The translations under genes were made by a program, and so were the position numbers. Shown in pieces: positions 1 to 12,797 of a DNA stretch of 64,000 nucleotides (its first letter is position 1; every line of letters starts with the position of its first letter). The notes below the pieces were generated by a model. It searched no databases. It saw nothing but the letters and a program-made list of their open reading frames with translations, and was not told where the DNA came from. This stretch comes from Paraspadella gotoi (taxonomy: Eukaryota > Animalia > Chaetognatha), in the NCBI GenBank assembly GCA_051294375.1, contig JBJCIZ010000028.1, positions 1 through 64,000 on the forward strand, read 5' to 3'.

Positions 1-120
1 CTCCGACAAGCACGGCAAGGTCATGTGCGACTCGGAAGAACAACACGACGAAGCGAAATTCACCATCGAAGTCGCAAACGACGGGAGCGGGCGATGGGCG
101 CTCAAGAACGCCTGTCACGG
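1..120 (+). CDS. FSCN: Fascin exon (partial, gene starts upstream of window)
   Basis: Frame 2 reads SDKHGKVMCDSEEQHDEAKFTIEVANDGSGRWALKNACHG, typical of fascin beta-trefoil 1; GT donor at 121, phase 2 matches the next exon. Confidence 0.9.
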
Positions 121-568
121 GTGAAGGGATTCATTGATACATTCATTCATATATTTATTCATTCATTCATTCATTAATTCGTTCATTCGTTCATTTATTT
201 TTTTCCTTCCTTCATTTGTTTTCTAATTTATTCATTTATTAATTTTTCAATCATAAATTATATATTATATTTTACCTTTATTCATTAGTTCATTCAATTA
301 TTCTTTCTTTCATTCATTCAATCATTCATTCAATTATTTATTCATTTATTTATTCATTGATTCATTCATTTAATCATCTATTCATTCATTCATTCATTCA
401 TTTGTTCATTCATTCCTCGATCCTCATCCTTCTCTTCAATCATTCCTTCATTCAATAATTCATTTAATCATTCGTTCATTCTTTAATTCATTCAGTCAAT
501 CATTCATTTATTTATTCAATCATTAATTCATTCATTAATTCCATTCGTTCATCCCTTCCCCTTCCCAG

Positions 569-676
569 TTACTTCTTCGGCGGCACTGGCGACAACCTCC
601 ACTGCTTCGCCAAACAAGTTGGAGATTCCGAACTCTGGACTCCGCATCTCGCCGTTCACCCGCAAGTCAATCTCAG
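569..676 (+). CDS. FSCN: Fascin exon
   Basis: cccag acceptor; YFFGGTGDNLHCFAKQVGDSELWTPHLAVHPQVNL (fascin YFGG...HLAxHPQVN motif); AG|GTGAAT donor. Confidence 0.92.
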
Positions 677-836
677 GTGAATTCATTCATTCGCTAGTCA
701 ATCTCAGGTGTATTCATTCATTCGCTCGTCAATCTCAGGTGAATTCATTCATTTGCTAGTCAATCTCAGGTTAATTCATTCATTCACTAGTCAATCTCAG
801 GTAAATTCATTCATTCGCTAGTCAATCTGAGGTGAA
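665..836 (+). repeat. 31-bp tandem repeat (~5.5 copies) made of the exon/intron junction
   Basis: Unit AGTCAATCTCAG|GTGAATTCATTCATTCGCT is reiterated, and each copy keeps the AG|GT. Confidence 0.9.
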
Positions 837-2003
837 AGCGAGTTAATTTATTCGCATGTGAATCTAAGGTAAGAGTAAGAGTGAATTTTATTTCCCAGTT
901 ACTAAGATAGTAAATACATCATTCATAGGCTGGTAAATCTCAGGTAAAAAGCAAATTCATTCATGTCCAAATCAAATCTGACTCGACTGAAACAATTTAA
1001 TTTGTAAAGTTTATAAACGTTTAAGTCAAAAATTATTTCCAGTCTTTGTATATCAAGTGACAGCGATTAAATTCGATTTCGCTGTTGATACTTGTCCGAG
1101 GAACATTCATCCCGTGTTTACGTTTGCAATCTCTGATTAGAAATGAAGAACTCCCATTGGCGGACGACCGCGGCTCCCGNNNNNNNNNNNNNNNNNNNNN
1201 NNNNNNNNNNNNNNNNNNNNNNNNNNNNNNNNNNNNNNNNNNNNNNNNNNNNNNNNNNNNNNNNNNNNNNNNNNNNNNNNNNNNNNNNNNNNNNNNNNNN
1301 NNNNNNNNNNNNNNNNNNNNNNNNNNNNNNNNNNNNNNNNNNNNNNNNNNNNNNNNNNNNNNNNNNNNNNNNNNNNNNNNNNNNNNNNNNNNNNNNNNNN
1401 NNNNNNNNNNNNNNNNNNNNNNNNNNNNNNNNNNNNNNNNNNNNNNNNNNNNNNNNNNNNNNNNNNNNNNNNNNNNNNNNNNNNNNNNNNNNNNNNNNNN
1501 NNNNNNNNNNNNNNNNNNNNNNNNNNNNNNNNNNNNNNNNTTTTAATTTTCTCGAAACTGAGAAGGAATTTAAAAATAAAATATTTCTTGAGTTAAAAAA
1601 AATGAAAATAATTTAATTAGCATTTTTATGGGAACTTATTTCTCTAAAAAGTCGGAGGCAATCTTTTAAAAATTTCTAAAGTTCTAAGATTTAACGGTTA
1701 TTTTTTTAAGCAGTAAATATCGTTTTAAAAATTTAAATTTTACTAAGTTATAAATGTTTAATTTTTGGAAATAAAATTTAACAAACAGACCGACCGACCA
1801 ACCGCCTTTTTTATTTAAAGTGGATTAAATCGTAAAAATCATTCGTAGNNNNNNNNNNNNNNNNNNNNNNNNNNNNNNNNNNNNNNNNNNNNNNNNNNNN
1901 NNNNNNNNNNNNNNGATTTTTTTAATGGAAGAGTAAGGAATAGCCTGACGCAAAAGTGGGTTAAAGAAATATTTTGCTCTCCTGGTTTTTATGTTGGTCG
2001 GTT

Positions 2004-2035
<32 letters not shown>

Positions 2036-2787
2036 TCNNNNNNNNNNNNNNNNNNNNNNNNNCCAACTTACCCTCAGCACGGGATAAGCTGTTTCGTTCT
2101 TTATTTACGTACACCTTAGGATATTTTACAGGAAGAGTAAGGAATACGCCTCGACGCAAAAGTGGGTATAAAGAGAAATCTATTTCTGCCCTCCTGGTTT
2201 TTATGTTGGTCGTGTCTTCTCTTCTTTTCTTTTCTTTCTTTCTCTTCCTTTCTATTACTTTCATTTTCTTTCTTGCTTTCTTTCTTTCTTTCTTTTCTTT
2301 CTATTCTTTCTTTCTTTCTTTCTCTCTCTCTCTCTATCTTTTCTCTCCGTTTAGATCCGTAAATCCAATGAAAAATCGCCCTCCAGATTTTTCAATCCAT
2401 CCATCATATCTCTACTCTCTCGTCCTCTCTCTACTCTCTCTCTCTCTCTCTCTCTACTCTCCTCTCTGCTCTCTCTCTCTCTCTCTCTACCTCTCACTTT
2501 CTTTCATCATTCATCAAGTTGACTCGGATAGTCAAGATAAGCATCTCATATTTTACTTCTTTTTTGTTGAAAAATTATCTTCCATCTTTTTTTCCCTTAA
2601 TCCATTTTAATTCGAATTTATTAAATTATTGGATAGTTTTTTTTTACTTTGGTTATACCAATTTCATAATCGTCAGCTCTTTGTATTTTGAAGATTGTGC
2701 GGAGTTTTACTTGATCTAATATTTAAGGGAATAATCCATTTTTACGACTGATGGAAAAACCAGGAGAGAATACACCTGACTGCGAGA

Positions 2788-2871
2788 GTCTTGATTGAAA
2801 GCTCGCAAGGTCATGCTATGTTCTTATCTTGTAAGAGTCATGGAGGCCTTAAACCACCAAAGCCTGTCCAA
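2788..2871. repeat. Short dispersed repeat (other copies ~29487-29567 inverted, ~37797-37878 and 46421-46468)
   Basis: TCTTGATTGAAAGCT..GCA.GG....TGCTATGT..TTATCTTGTAA core recurs. Confidence 0.7.
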
Positions 2872-3242
2872 AGTCAGGAGGCAAGATTGCTCGTTTATTA
2901 AATTAAAGAATAATTTTTATATTAGTAGTACCAATGTAATAAAAAAAAGGAACCAGCTGATAAGGTAAAATGTTATTTTAAAAAAAATTAATATAATCAA
3001 TTCAATCATTTTTTTAATCAAATGAAATAAAATCACTAATTGAGAAAAAGTTCAGAAATTATTTAGAAATGATTACAGCCCTGTGCAAAAAAAAAAGAGG
3101 ACACCCAAAAACATTATAAAATAAACCAAGTTAGATTTCTTTAAATTGAAAGAAAGAAGAAATAATAAATATTCAAAATAGGTCCCAAATATTCACGTCC
3201 GGTCCCGTCACCTCCCCCATTTTTTTTATTCACCTCCCACAG

Positions 3243-3424
3243 AAACGTGAACCGAAAACGCTACGCTCACTTGGAAGAGGAGGAACTTCACGTGAACGAG
3301 TTGATCCCCTGGGGTCACGACGCTTTAATCACGCTGGAGTTCAAGGCGCTCAAATACGCGGTGAGGAGCAGCAACGGGAAATATCTTCACAGATTCGGAC
3401 AACTCGTGGCCAATATCGATGAGG
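3243..3424 (+). CDS. FSCN: Fascin exon
   Basis: acag acceptor; NVNRKRYAHLEEEELHVNELIPWGHDALITLEF...NIDE (RKRYAHL and PWGxDALITL motifs); G|GTAAGT donor. Confidence 0.95.
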
Positions 3425-4247
3425 GTAAGTTAAAGATTATAAAGGGGGGTGAGGTCAGCGGGATAAGTTAGCGGCGCGCAGCGGGTTTACCCCGTTGCCT
3501 CATTCGTGAGCCGGTGGGTTGTTGAGTAAAGTTATCAGCAAATAGGGTAAGCAAGGTTAATAAAAGGTTCGAAAATAATGCTAAAAAAAACAAAAACAAA
3601 AAGTATATAAACAAATAACAAATAATAAATGTTATAACGTTAAAATAAAAAAAAGTTAGATGAAGTTAGTAGTTAGTAGAATGTTTTTGGTTAAATAAAA
3701 GATAAGCTTTTTAAACGAATTATTTTTGTATTTTAATTTTGTTCAGTTTTGTCGGGTAGGCCTAATACTGTTTTTTTTTTTATTTCTTACAACGTTAATG
3801 AAAATGGGAGAAATGGGTTTTTGATCGTCTTTTGTTTTTGAAATTGATTTTTTTTTAAACTTTCTATTGGTGAAAGAAACTGATACGAGCGACAAATGTA
3901 ACTAGTAGAAATTAAAGTATGCAAATGAGATTAAGATTTTTAGTAAAGTTAGGGAGAGAGGTTATGACTTATGAGTACATTAATAAAGTCTGTNNNNNNN
4001 NNNAAATCGCTCGTTCAGTTTTCAATTTAATCTTTATTTTAATATTTATTTTGCATGCGACCTTTTGCTACAAAAAAGAGACCAAAACATTTGAAATATC
4101 TTCCCCTCTCTCTCTCTATCTTTCCCTTACTCTCCCCCTCCCTCTCTTTCTCCCCTTCTCCCTCCCTCTCTCTCACTACCCCTCCCTCTCTCCCATCCCT
4201 CCCCTCTCCCTCTCTCCCTCCACGTCTTTTTTCCGAATCCAAAACAG

Positions 4248-4451
4248 AATGTCTCTACACATTGGAATATCACGGAGGCCACATCGCTCTCAAGGACAGA
4301 GACGGCAAATACCTGACAGCAGTTGGTCCTCAAGGCAACATGGTGGCCAAGAACAAGACGGTGTCCAAAGACGAGAAGTTTATCCTGGAGGACAGTCAAC
4401 CCCAGGCTTCGTTCACCGCGCACAACGGGAAGAACGTGTCCACGCGGCAAG
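4248..4451 (+). CDS. FSCN: Fascin exon
   Basis: acag acceptor; CLYTLEYHGGHIALKDRDGKYL...KDEKFILEDSQPQ...NGKNVSTRQG; G|GTAAGG donor; phases consistent. Confidence 0.95.
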
Positions 4452-5377
4452 GTAAGGGGGGGGGGCACTATTTTCTGAAAGCGCCGCCCCTTCTATCGCC
4501 CCTTGGGGAAGCCTTTTTGAGCGGCGTTATATCTCCATTTAATATTCATCAGAAACCGAAATGATTTTGTGACAAACAAGTTGTTGTTTGTTTGTTTGTC
4601 GCTTGTCACGCACCGTCGCTAAGGGAAACACATGCACGGCCGAAGATAGTTGGGGAGGGGTTAAGTCGAAAGTGGGTGAGGACGAAAAAAATGGTAAGTG
4701 ATGAAAGATAAAGCGAAGGGAAAGAACTTGAGAGTCACTCGTGAATTATTTATTATTCGTGTTTTTCACGCGTGAAAGAGTCGGAAATAAAAACCTAGGA
4801 ATGGAGATTGTGAAGCGTTGCCCATTAATATCTTAAAAGCTATTTGTATTTGTATTTGTAAATTTAATTAGTGAATTACTTTTTATTTAAAAAGAAATAT
4901 TATAGTTGAAGGCTGCCTCTTTTTTTTGTCATCTTTTTCTCATTGATTCTTTGAGGGGAAGTTTATTTTCTTATTATTACTTAAACAGATTTATATATTT
5001 TTTATGAGATCAGTCTATCTTCAATAATGATAAAAAAACTATTTATATTGATTTTTATGTTATCGCGTTAGTAAATTAATATAATTACAGATTTAACGAT
5101 TACTAACTGAATGTTGATAAAAATTATAATTTAAATGCATTTTAATTTAAAAAATATATGATAAATTGACCGACCAAAATAAAATATTAAAGAGAGGTGC
5201 CCCCGCGAGTACTCGCGACGCAACTTTAAAAAATAATAGCGAGTGATATCGTGAAAGTGAAACGTGAGATGAAACTCTGCGGAGTCACAAGCGTGAATAA
5301 ATAAGTTAGCGTGAGTTTCTGACTGAAAAGAGAGAGAGAGAGAGAGAGAGAGAAGAAGAGGAGAGAGAGAGAGAGAT

Positions 5378-5418
<41 letters not shown>

Positions 5419-5658
5419 GTGAAATATTTTATGATGACCTGTTTACTCCTTTTTTTTAAGCAGTGAAAGGGGTAAAAAAAAAGAACTTAAACTAGATATA
5501 TTTTTGTGATTATGTCACTGTTGTGCTAAAATTCCTTCTTTTAATGCTGTGATTAGTGATTTTGTGTCGATTTTGTAACAAGTACGGTTTGGTTTGGGGT
5601 GTACCAATTTTATAAAAGTTTTTGTTGTGGACAGATCGTATCGTAATGGCATAATATA

Positions 5659-5754
<96 letters not shown>

Positions 5755-5761
5755 TCCCCAG

Positions 5762-5918
5762 GCGTGGACGTCTCAGCCAATCAGGACGAACTGACTGCCA
5801 AAGAGACGTTTCAGCTGGAGTTCGACCACGACACGGGCTGTTGGTACATAAGGACCAATCAGGGCAAATATTGGTCGTTGGAGGCAGCCAATGGGATTCA
5901 AGCGTCGACGGATTCAAG
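5762..5918 (+). CDS. FSCN: Fascin exon
   Basis: GVDVSANQDELTAKETFQLEFDHDTGCWYIRTNQGKYWSLEAANGIQAS (fascin SANQDE...ETFQLE motif); ccag acceptor, AG|GTAAGA donor. Confidence 0.95.
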
Positions 5919-5920
5919 GT

Positions 5921-5984
<64 letters not shown>

Positions 5985-6071
5985 GATAAAGAAAAAGAGA
6001 AAGAAAGAAAGAAAGAAAGAAAGAGATAAAGTAAGAAGAAGTGAGAAAAATGAAAAAAGAGTGAGAGAGAC

Positions 6072-6104
<33 letters not shown>

Positions 6105-7655
6105 GTAAAGAAAAGATAAAAAAAACGAAAGAAAAACAATTTTCAGACCCTTTCCCTTTATCGTCGCCTCATTCTCATTTGCATATTACAGTCTGGTCGA
6201 AATTTCATGCTTGATTTTCGATAACCAATTCTCTTTCTTAGATTTTTGAGGAAAAATTGTAACAATAAACGAAGTGATTCCAGTTGTATCTTTATATTGG
6301 TAATTCTTGGTTTATGTTAGTAAATATTGGCGAATGTTATTTGTTTATATGTCACCGATTTTCAAAACGTGCGATTAACATTTATAAAGAATATTACAAA
6401 TTTGCTTTAAAATTCGGAGAAAACATTATCTTCCTTATGTTAATAATAATATGTTAATAAAAAAAGGGGAAAGTGTGTACATGTATATATGCATACATAC
6501 GGTAATGCTTTTTTCCTACCCCTGAATCATCTCTCCCTTTCCTCCTTCTGCGCGTTGTCGTTGCCGGCTGCGTCCCTCGTCCTGCTTCCTCGCGCACGGC
6601 TGCGTGCTCTCGGCCGCTGCTCTTCTCGGCCCCACCCGCGCCGCCGGGGCGCGCCGCCACTGTTTTCCCGCCCCCCCTGTGCCCCCCTCTGGCGCTGGCG
6701 CCTCGTCTCCGCTCCCTTCCATCCTCGCTGCATCCTGCGTCACTGCCCGCTCTTACTCTCTCTCGGCTCCCCCCCTCCGTCTCTCGCGCTGCTCGTCGTC
6801 TTCCGCGGCCTACTCTGCGTTCCCTCTCTGGTCCATCCCTCCCTCTTCTCCGGGCTCCCCTCTGCCTCCGCGCCTCTGCTCTGCGCTGCCCCATGCTTCT
6901 CTGCTCTCTTCCCCCTCTCCTCTCCCTCGTGGCTGTCTCGCCCGCCCACCGCTAGCGTCTCTCCCCTCTCTCGCATCCCTCCCTCTCTCCCCTCCCCTCT
7001 CGCTCGCGCCGTGCAAAGCCCCCCCCCCCGCCGCCCCGCCCCCCCCCCCCCCGTTCATCTCCTGCCCCTAATGCCTCTCTCCTGCCCCCTCTCTCTCCGC
7101 TCTCTCTCTCCCCTACTCTCTTCCCTCTCTGCCATCCCTCCCTCTCTCCCCCTCCCTCTCCTCCCCCTCTCTCTCCCCTGCCCCTCTTCTCTCTCTCCTC
7201 CCCCTCTCTCTCCCTCTTCTCTCCCCTACTCTCTTCCCTCTCTCCATCCCTCCTCTCTCCCTCCCCTCTGCCTCCCCTCCTCTCCTGCCCCTCTTCTCTC
7301 TCTCCTCCCCCTCTCTCTCCCTCTCTTCTCTCCGCCTACTCTCTTCCTCTCTCCATCCCTCCCTCTCTCCCCTCCCCTCTCCCCTCCCCTCTCTCTCCTG
7401 CCCCTCTTCTCTCTCTCCTCCCCCTCTCTCTCCCTACTCTCTCTCTTCCCTGCTCTCCATCCCTCCCTGCTCTCCCCTCCCCTCTCCTCCCCGCTCCTCT
7501 CCTCCCCCGTTATCCCCCTCCCTCTCTCCATCCCTCACTCTCTCCCCCCTCTCCTCCGCCCTTCTCTCTCTCCCTCCCTTTCTACCCTCCCTCTGCCCCT
7601 CCCTCTCTCCCTCCCTTCTCCCTCTCTCCCCCGCCGCTCCCTCCCCCTCTCGCAG

Positions 7656-7809
7656 AAGGCGAAAAGTGCCTTTTCGAGATCGAGTGGTTGGACAAAGGAA
7701 GAGTCGCCATCAAATCAGCGGAAAACAAAAGATACGTCACGGCGAAAATGGCGGGAAATCTCTGCGCCACGGTTGACGCCCCGACGGAGAAGGAACAGTT
7801 CCAGTTTAG
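7656..7809 (+). CDS. FSCN: Fascin exon (acceptor phase off by 1 nt, probably a sequence error)
   Basis: GEKCLFEIEWLDKGRVAIKSAENKRYVTAKMAGNLCATVDAPTEKEQFQF; AG|GTAAAG donor. It follows a noisy CT-rich stretch. Confidence 0.88.
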
Positions 7810-8409
7810 GTAAAGATATATTTATATATTATTTATTATAATTATAATTTTTACCGAGTATTTTCTTTTTATTTATAAATTATAAATTATATTATAAATT
7901 AAATGATTGATTAAATCATAAATGAAATTTTTTTGTTTAGTAGACATAACTCGCTTCCTACAATCAATCAATGATTGATTGATTGTTTGATTGTCTGATT
8001 GACTTATTTATTGCTCGATTGATTGATAGATTAATGGATTAACTGATTCCTTGATTGATTGAATAATTGATTTTGTCGATCAATTGATTGATAGATTGAT
8101 TGACTGATTGCCCTATTAAGTTATCCATTTGTCGAATAATCATTTAGTTTCAACCGATTGATTGCCGAATACCTTGATTGATTGATCGATTCATTGATTG
8201 ATTGCTTGATTGATTGATTGATTTTATCGATTGATTGATCGATAGATTGATTGACTGATTGCCCTATTAAGTTGTCCATTTATCGAATGATCGTTTAGTT
8301 TGATCGGTTAGTATGACGGATACCTGGCTTGATTGTTCGATTCATTGATTGCTTGATTGATTGATTGATTGATTGATTGATTCCTCGATTTCACTCATCT
8401 TCCCCTCAG

Positions 8410-8558
8410 ATTGATGAACCGTCCTCTCCTCGTGCTACGGGGAGAATTCGGTTTCGTCGACTTTAAAAGTTCGTCCAACGAAAAACTCGAATGTAACAAA
8501 TCGACTTACGAAATCATTCAAGTCGAGAACGGACAAGATGGCGCCTATCATCTCAAAG
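8410..8558 (+). CDS. FSCN: Fascin penultimate exon
   Basis: LMNRPLLVLRGEFGFVDFKSSSNEKLECNKSTYEIIQVENGQDGAYHLK (NRPxLVLxGExGFV motif); G|GTGAGA donor, phase 1. Confidence 0.95.
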
Positions 8559-9030
8559 GTGAGACAAAACAAAGGAACAATGGAATGGATGGATAAATTA
8601 AGCGATAAATAAATAATTTGAAATTATTGATAATGTGCAGGATGGAAGCCTACAAAAGGGTGTAGAGTAAACAGTAAATAAATATGTTTTTAAAAAAATA
8701 ACTCTAATTTCTAAAGTAAAAAAAAACCAAACAAAGTGTAAAATGTATGGTTATTTGTGGTCTGAAATGTTTTTTCAATAAACGAAAAAAAGTGAGAACG
8801 AGGCTCAACTAAAATAACAAAAGAATAACCAAAAAAATGATATAAAACAGATAATATAACCTTTAACCCCCCCAAAAAAAAACAAGAAAAAAGGATGTTA
8901 ACATTAAAGAACAAACGAAGGAAATAACAAACTAGCAAACTCAGAGAGCCCAAGACACATTGTTAAAAACAAAAAAAATAAACATGTAAAACATTTTCAA
9001 TTAAACCGAACAAACAAGGAATCATTTTGC

Positions 9031-9174
9031 AGCCAATCAGCGTTGAGAAAAAACTTTTTCTGATTCTGTGTTGATACCATTGCTCACAATGCTCAGCCAA
9101 TCATCGTCGATCTTTCTCTCATCTTTCAGCCAATCAGTAGTCGCGTTTTCTTCTTTATTTATTCTCTCTATAAA
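9031..9174 (+). promoter_or_regulatory. Candidate NF-Y promoter: three CCAAT boxes plus TATAAA
   Basis: AGCCAATCA at CCAAT positions 9033, 9097 and 9130 (spacings 64 and 33 bp); TATAAA at 9169-9174; lies just upstream of the nested ZNF cluster. Confidence 0.5.
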
Positions 9175-9198
9175 TTCTCTTTAAATTCCGGGTGGTCT

Positions 9199-9246
<48 letters not shown>

Positions 9247-9750
9247 CTCTTGCTCATCTTTATCACGGGTTTTTTTGCCATTTTAATTTCGTCGGATCCT
9301 TATATATATTTTTACTCTTGCGGATTTAAGAATCCAGTTTTTTTTTGCTATCTTGTCTCGCTTATATTATCTCTCAGATTTCCTATCTGCGTCTACATTC
9401 TCCTCTCTCTCTCTTGTCTATCCTTCGCTCCTCCCTCCTCTCTCCTCTCTCTCTCTCTCTAATCTCTCTCCTTTCCGTCTAGCTTTTTTCTTCATATGTA
9501 TTTTATTTTGTTTTGATTTCTCCCTTTCAATATTTTTTTTCAAGTTTATCTTTTTTCTCTCCCAAAAAATAGTGTGACTTTTACTCCCGCCTTTTCTCTT
9601 AGGCGACATGATTTAAACCCATCCCCTCCCTCCCAAAAAAAAACAAACCAGAGAAATAAAAAAAACAAAAACAAAAAACAAATTTGATGAAATAAGATTA
9701 CGGAAGCTGCCGCAAAAGCAGAACGTGATAAATGATCAAATAAAGAAATG

Positions 9751-9786
<36 letters not shown>

Positions 9787-10126
9787 ATGAGAATAAAAAA
9801 AATACTATTCAGTATTGATACGATACAACATCACATTATAGTAGCAAATTCCTCTATTTATCCTACTCCAAAGCAAACAAATAATGATTAAAGAATATTA
9901 ATCAAAATTTATTGCTCTTTCTCTTTTTCTTTATTAAAAATAATGTTCAAATTAACTAATAAGTACAAAACTCGCAGATTCTAAAGCAACGTTACATCAT
10001 ACATTATGTTTGAATATCTTATAACGGTTTTAACAAAGGCGCATTGAACATTACAAACTTACAAAGACAGTCCGTTGTCACGAAGCTTCCTTGTCTTTTG
10101 TTTTGGGGACAATAGCGGCGGTGGAA

Positions 10127-10127
<1 letters not shown>

Positions 10128-10200
<73 letters not shown>

Positions 10201-10208
10201 AACGACGA
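10128..10208 (+). repeat. (GAC)n trinucleotide microsatellite
   Basis: Long near-perfect GAC run; similar GAC/GTC runs at ~10570, 10775, 16100, 20875, 24140-24350 and 25520. Confidence 0.95.
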
Positions 10209-10405
10209 TAAATGTGAAATATGTCAAAACTGCTATTCATCAAAAAAAATATTTGAAACTACATTATAAAACTCATGCAAAAAAAGGAAAGTGCTCAGAC
10301 TAAAACATGGGTCGAAAATCTTTTTCACAAAAACTCCCATTATTTGACCAACACGAAAAAAAAAAGCCATACAAATTTTACATTTGTAATAAAAATTTTA
10401 AATAC
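10209..10405 (+). pseudogene. Decayed C2H2 zinc-finger relic
   Basis: KCEICQNCYSSKK, then a frameshift to YLKLHYKTHAKK, then KKPYKFYICNKNFK remnants. Confidence 0.65.
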
Positions 10406-10494
10406 AGTTGATTGAAAAATGTTTTTTGTTCAATTAGAAATGTAGATGGTATGTATGTATGTATGTATGTACATTTCATACTATATTCCATATC

Positions 10495-10552
<58 letters not shown>

Positions 10553-10572
10553 GGTTGATATGCACCACGTCT

Positions 10573-10604
<32 letters not shown>

Positions 10605-11039
10605 TTTTGAATCACTGCATCGTCAACTTTTACCAACAATAAATCATAAAAGATTAATTTCGAAACAAAGAGACTAAAAAATCTCAGAAGAAGAAGCGAG
10701 AATCGCTTTTCGGCTTCTTTTTATTTCTTTTGTTCAGATAGTCCGTCGGTGGTCAGTGGACAATGGACAATGGACGACGACGACGACGACGACGACTAAG
10801 TAAAAAACAACGAACAATGAACGAGTCAGTTATGCCCATCCTCATTTTTGGCTTCTAAATCTTCGACGTCAACAGTTTTCTGTGTTTTCTCCCGTTTGTT
10901 TAATTTCGAAGAGAAATTAAGAAAAAATAATCACTGTAAACATTCAAAACTAATTTACGACGAGCAATAATCATTGATACAACTTTAAACAAACAAAAAC
11001 GATTAAAAATTCGATTTCTCCCTCGGAAATTTGTAGGAA

Positions 11040-12797
11040 ATGATGACCGAAGACCGAAATCTCTTGATTTCTCCGCAACTTGATCTCAATTTGGAATCAG
11101 AACAAAATGTATCGACGAAAATATGTCAAGTAAAAAATGAAAAGAATTGCGCCGAAAATTTTGAAAATAAAAATATGCGAAAGATGGAACTAAATAATAA
11201 AGAAGAAAACGGATACAAATGCGATGTTTGTGAGAAGATCTACAAATGGAAGAATTATTTAAAAACCCATAAAAAAACAGTTCATTCTGATGAAACACCT
11301 TACAAATGTGATGTTTGTGAGAAAAGCTTCAAATTGAATTCAAGTTTAAAAGCGCACCTTATTACTCATTCAACTGAAAAACCTTACAAATGTGATACTT
11401 GTCAAAAATGCTTCTCAATATCTTATCATCTGAAAGTTCATTATCGAACTCATACAGGCGAAAAACCATACAAATGTGATACTTGTTTGAAGTGTTTTTC
11501 ACAGAAATGTAGCTTGAAGCAACATTATAAAACTCACACAAAAGAGAAATCATACAAATGTGATTTATGTAAAAATGGATTTTCAGATTATAAAGACATA
11601 AAAGTTCACTATCGAGTTCATAAAAAAGAGAAACCATACAATTGCGAAAGTTGTCAAAAGTGCTTTTCAGATCGTACAAGTTTTAAAGTTCATACTCGAA
11701 CTCATACCCAAGAAAAACCATACAATTGCAAAATTTGTCAAAAGTGCTTTTCAGATTGTACAAGTTTTAAAGTTCATACTCGAACTCATACCCAAGAAAA
11801 ACCATACAAGTGCGAAATTTGTCAAAAGTGCTTTTCAGAACGTAAAAATTTAAAAGTTCATACTCGAACTCATACCCAAGAAAAACCATACAAGTGCGAA
11901 ATTTGTCAAAAGTGTTTTTCAGATCGTAAAAATTTTAAAGTTCATACTCGAACTCATACCCAAGAAAAACCATACCCATGTAAAAATTGTCAAAGGTGTT
12001 TTTCAAAATCTAGCAGTCTAAAAGTTCATAATCGAACTCATACAAAAGAAAAGCCTTACAAATGTAAAATTTGTCAAAGGTGTTTTTCACAATACGGCAG
12101 TCTAAAAGCTCATAATCGAACTCATACAAAAGAAAAGCCTTACAAATGTAAAATTTGTCAAAAGTGTTTTTCACAATCCAGCAGTCTAAAAGTTCATAAT
12201 CGAACTCATACAAAAGAAAAGCCTTACAAATGTAAAATTTGTCCAAAGTGTTTTTCACTATCTGGCAGCTTAAAGAAACATCATCTAACACATACAAAGG
12301 AAAAACCACATAAAACGGATATATGTCAAAAGGCCTTTTCACTCTTTTTTCAGTCCACGCAAAACCATCAAAAGCATACAAAAGAAAAACCACATCAATG
12401 TGACATTTGTCAAAAGAGATTTTCAGAAAAAGGACAGTTAAAAATTCATTTTAGAACTCATGCTAAAGAGAAACCATGCCAATGTGAAACATGTAAGAAG
12501 TCGTTCTCACAAAAATCCCTTCTGGAATCACATTATTTTACTCTTACAAAAGTAAAACCACTCACATGTGAAATATGTTATAAGACTTTTTCATACAAAA
12601 GCAATCTAAAATCACATTATTTGACTCATTCGCCTCTTGTAGATTATATCAAAGATTGTGCAGAAAATTTGCAAATTGAAAATCCGGGACAGCAGGAGCG
12701 CAGTGATGTTAAAGAAAATTTATTTAAATGCGAGGTTTGTCCCAAGATCTTTATAAAGAAACAAAGTTTAAAAACTCATCTTATATCTCATATATAA
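11040..12797 (+). CDS. Intronless tandem C2H2 zinc-finger protein ZNF-A (585 aa, ~18 fingers, 2 degenerate), nested in fascin last intron
   Basis: Repeating YxCxxCxKxFx5LxxHxxxH with T(K/Q)EKP linkers; no KRAB, SCAN, BTB or ZAD domain recognisable in the ~58-aa N-terminus. Confidence 0.92.
   Translation: MMTEDRNLLISPQLDLNLESEQNVSTKICQVKNEKNCAENFENKNMRKMELNNKEENGYKCDVCEKIYKWKNYLKTHKKTVHSDETPYKCDVCEKSFKLNSSLKAHLITHSTEKPYKCDTCQKCFSISYHLKVHYRTHTGEKPYKCDTCLKCFSQKCSLKQHYKTHTKEKSYKCDLCKNGFSDYKDIKVHYRVHKKEKPYNCESCQKCFSDRTSFKVHTRTHTQEKPYNCKICQKCFSDCTSFKVHTRTHTQEKPYKCEICQKCFSERKNLKVHTRTHTQEKPYKCEICQKCFSDRKNFKVHTRTHTQEKPYPCKNCQRCFSKSSSLKVHNRTHTKEKPYKCKICQRCFSQYGSLKAHNRTHTKEKPYKCKICQKCFSQSSSLKVHNRTHTKEKPYKCKICPKCFSLSGSLKKHHLTHTKEKPHKTDICQKAFSLFFQSTQNHQKHTKEKPHQCDICQKRFSEKGQLKIHFRTHAKEKPCQCETCKKSFSQKSLLESHYFTLTKVKPLTCEICYKTFSYKSNLKSHYLTHSPLVDYIKDCAENLQIENPGQQERSDVKENLFKCEVCPKIFIKKQSLKTHLISHI

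Noticed and set aside
1914-2300. Short direct repeat around N-gaps
   Set aside because: Overlapping contig ends and gap-fill redundancy, not a biological repeat.
5918-7656. Phase mismatch between two fascin exons (micro-exon or frameshift?)
   Set aside because: A 1-nt discrepancy at the edge of an evidently low-quality stretch is best explained as a sequencing indel; all other junctions are in phase.
6489-7841. 450-aa Pro/Leu/Ser-rich ORF
   Set aside because: Translation of noisy CT-rich low-complexity intron sequence; the real fascin exon (7656-7809) is in a different frame.
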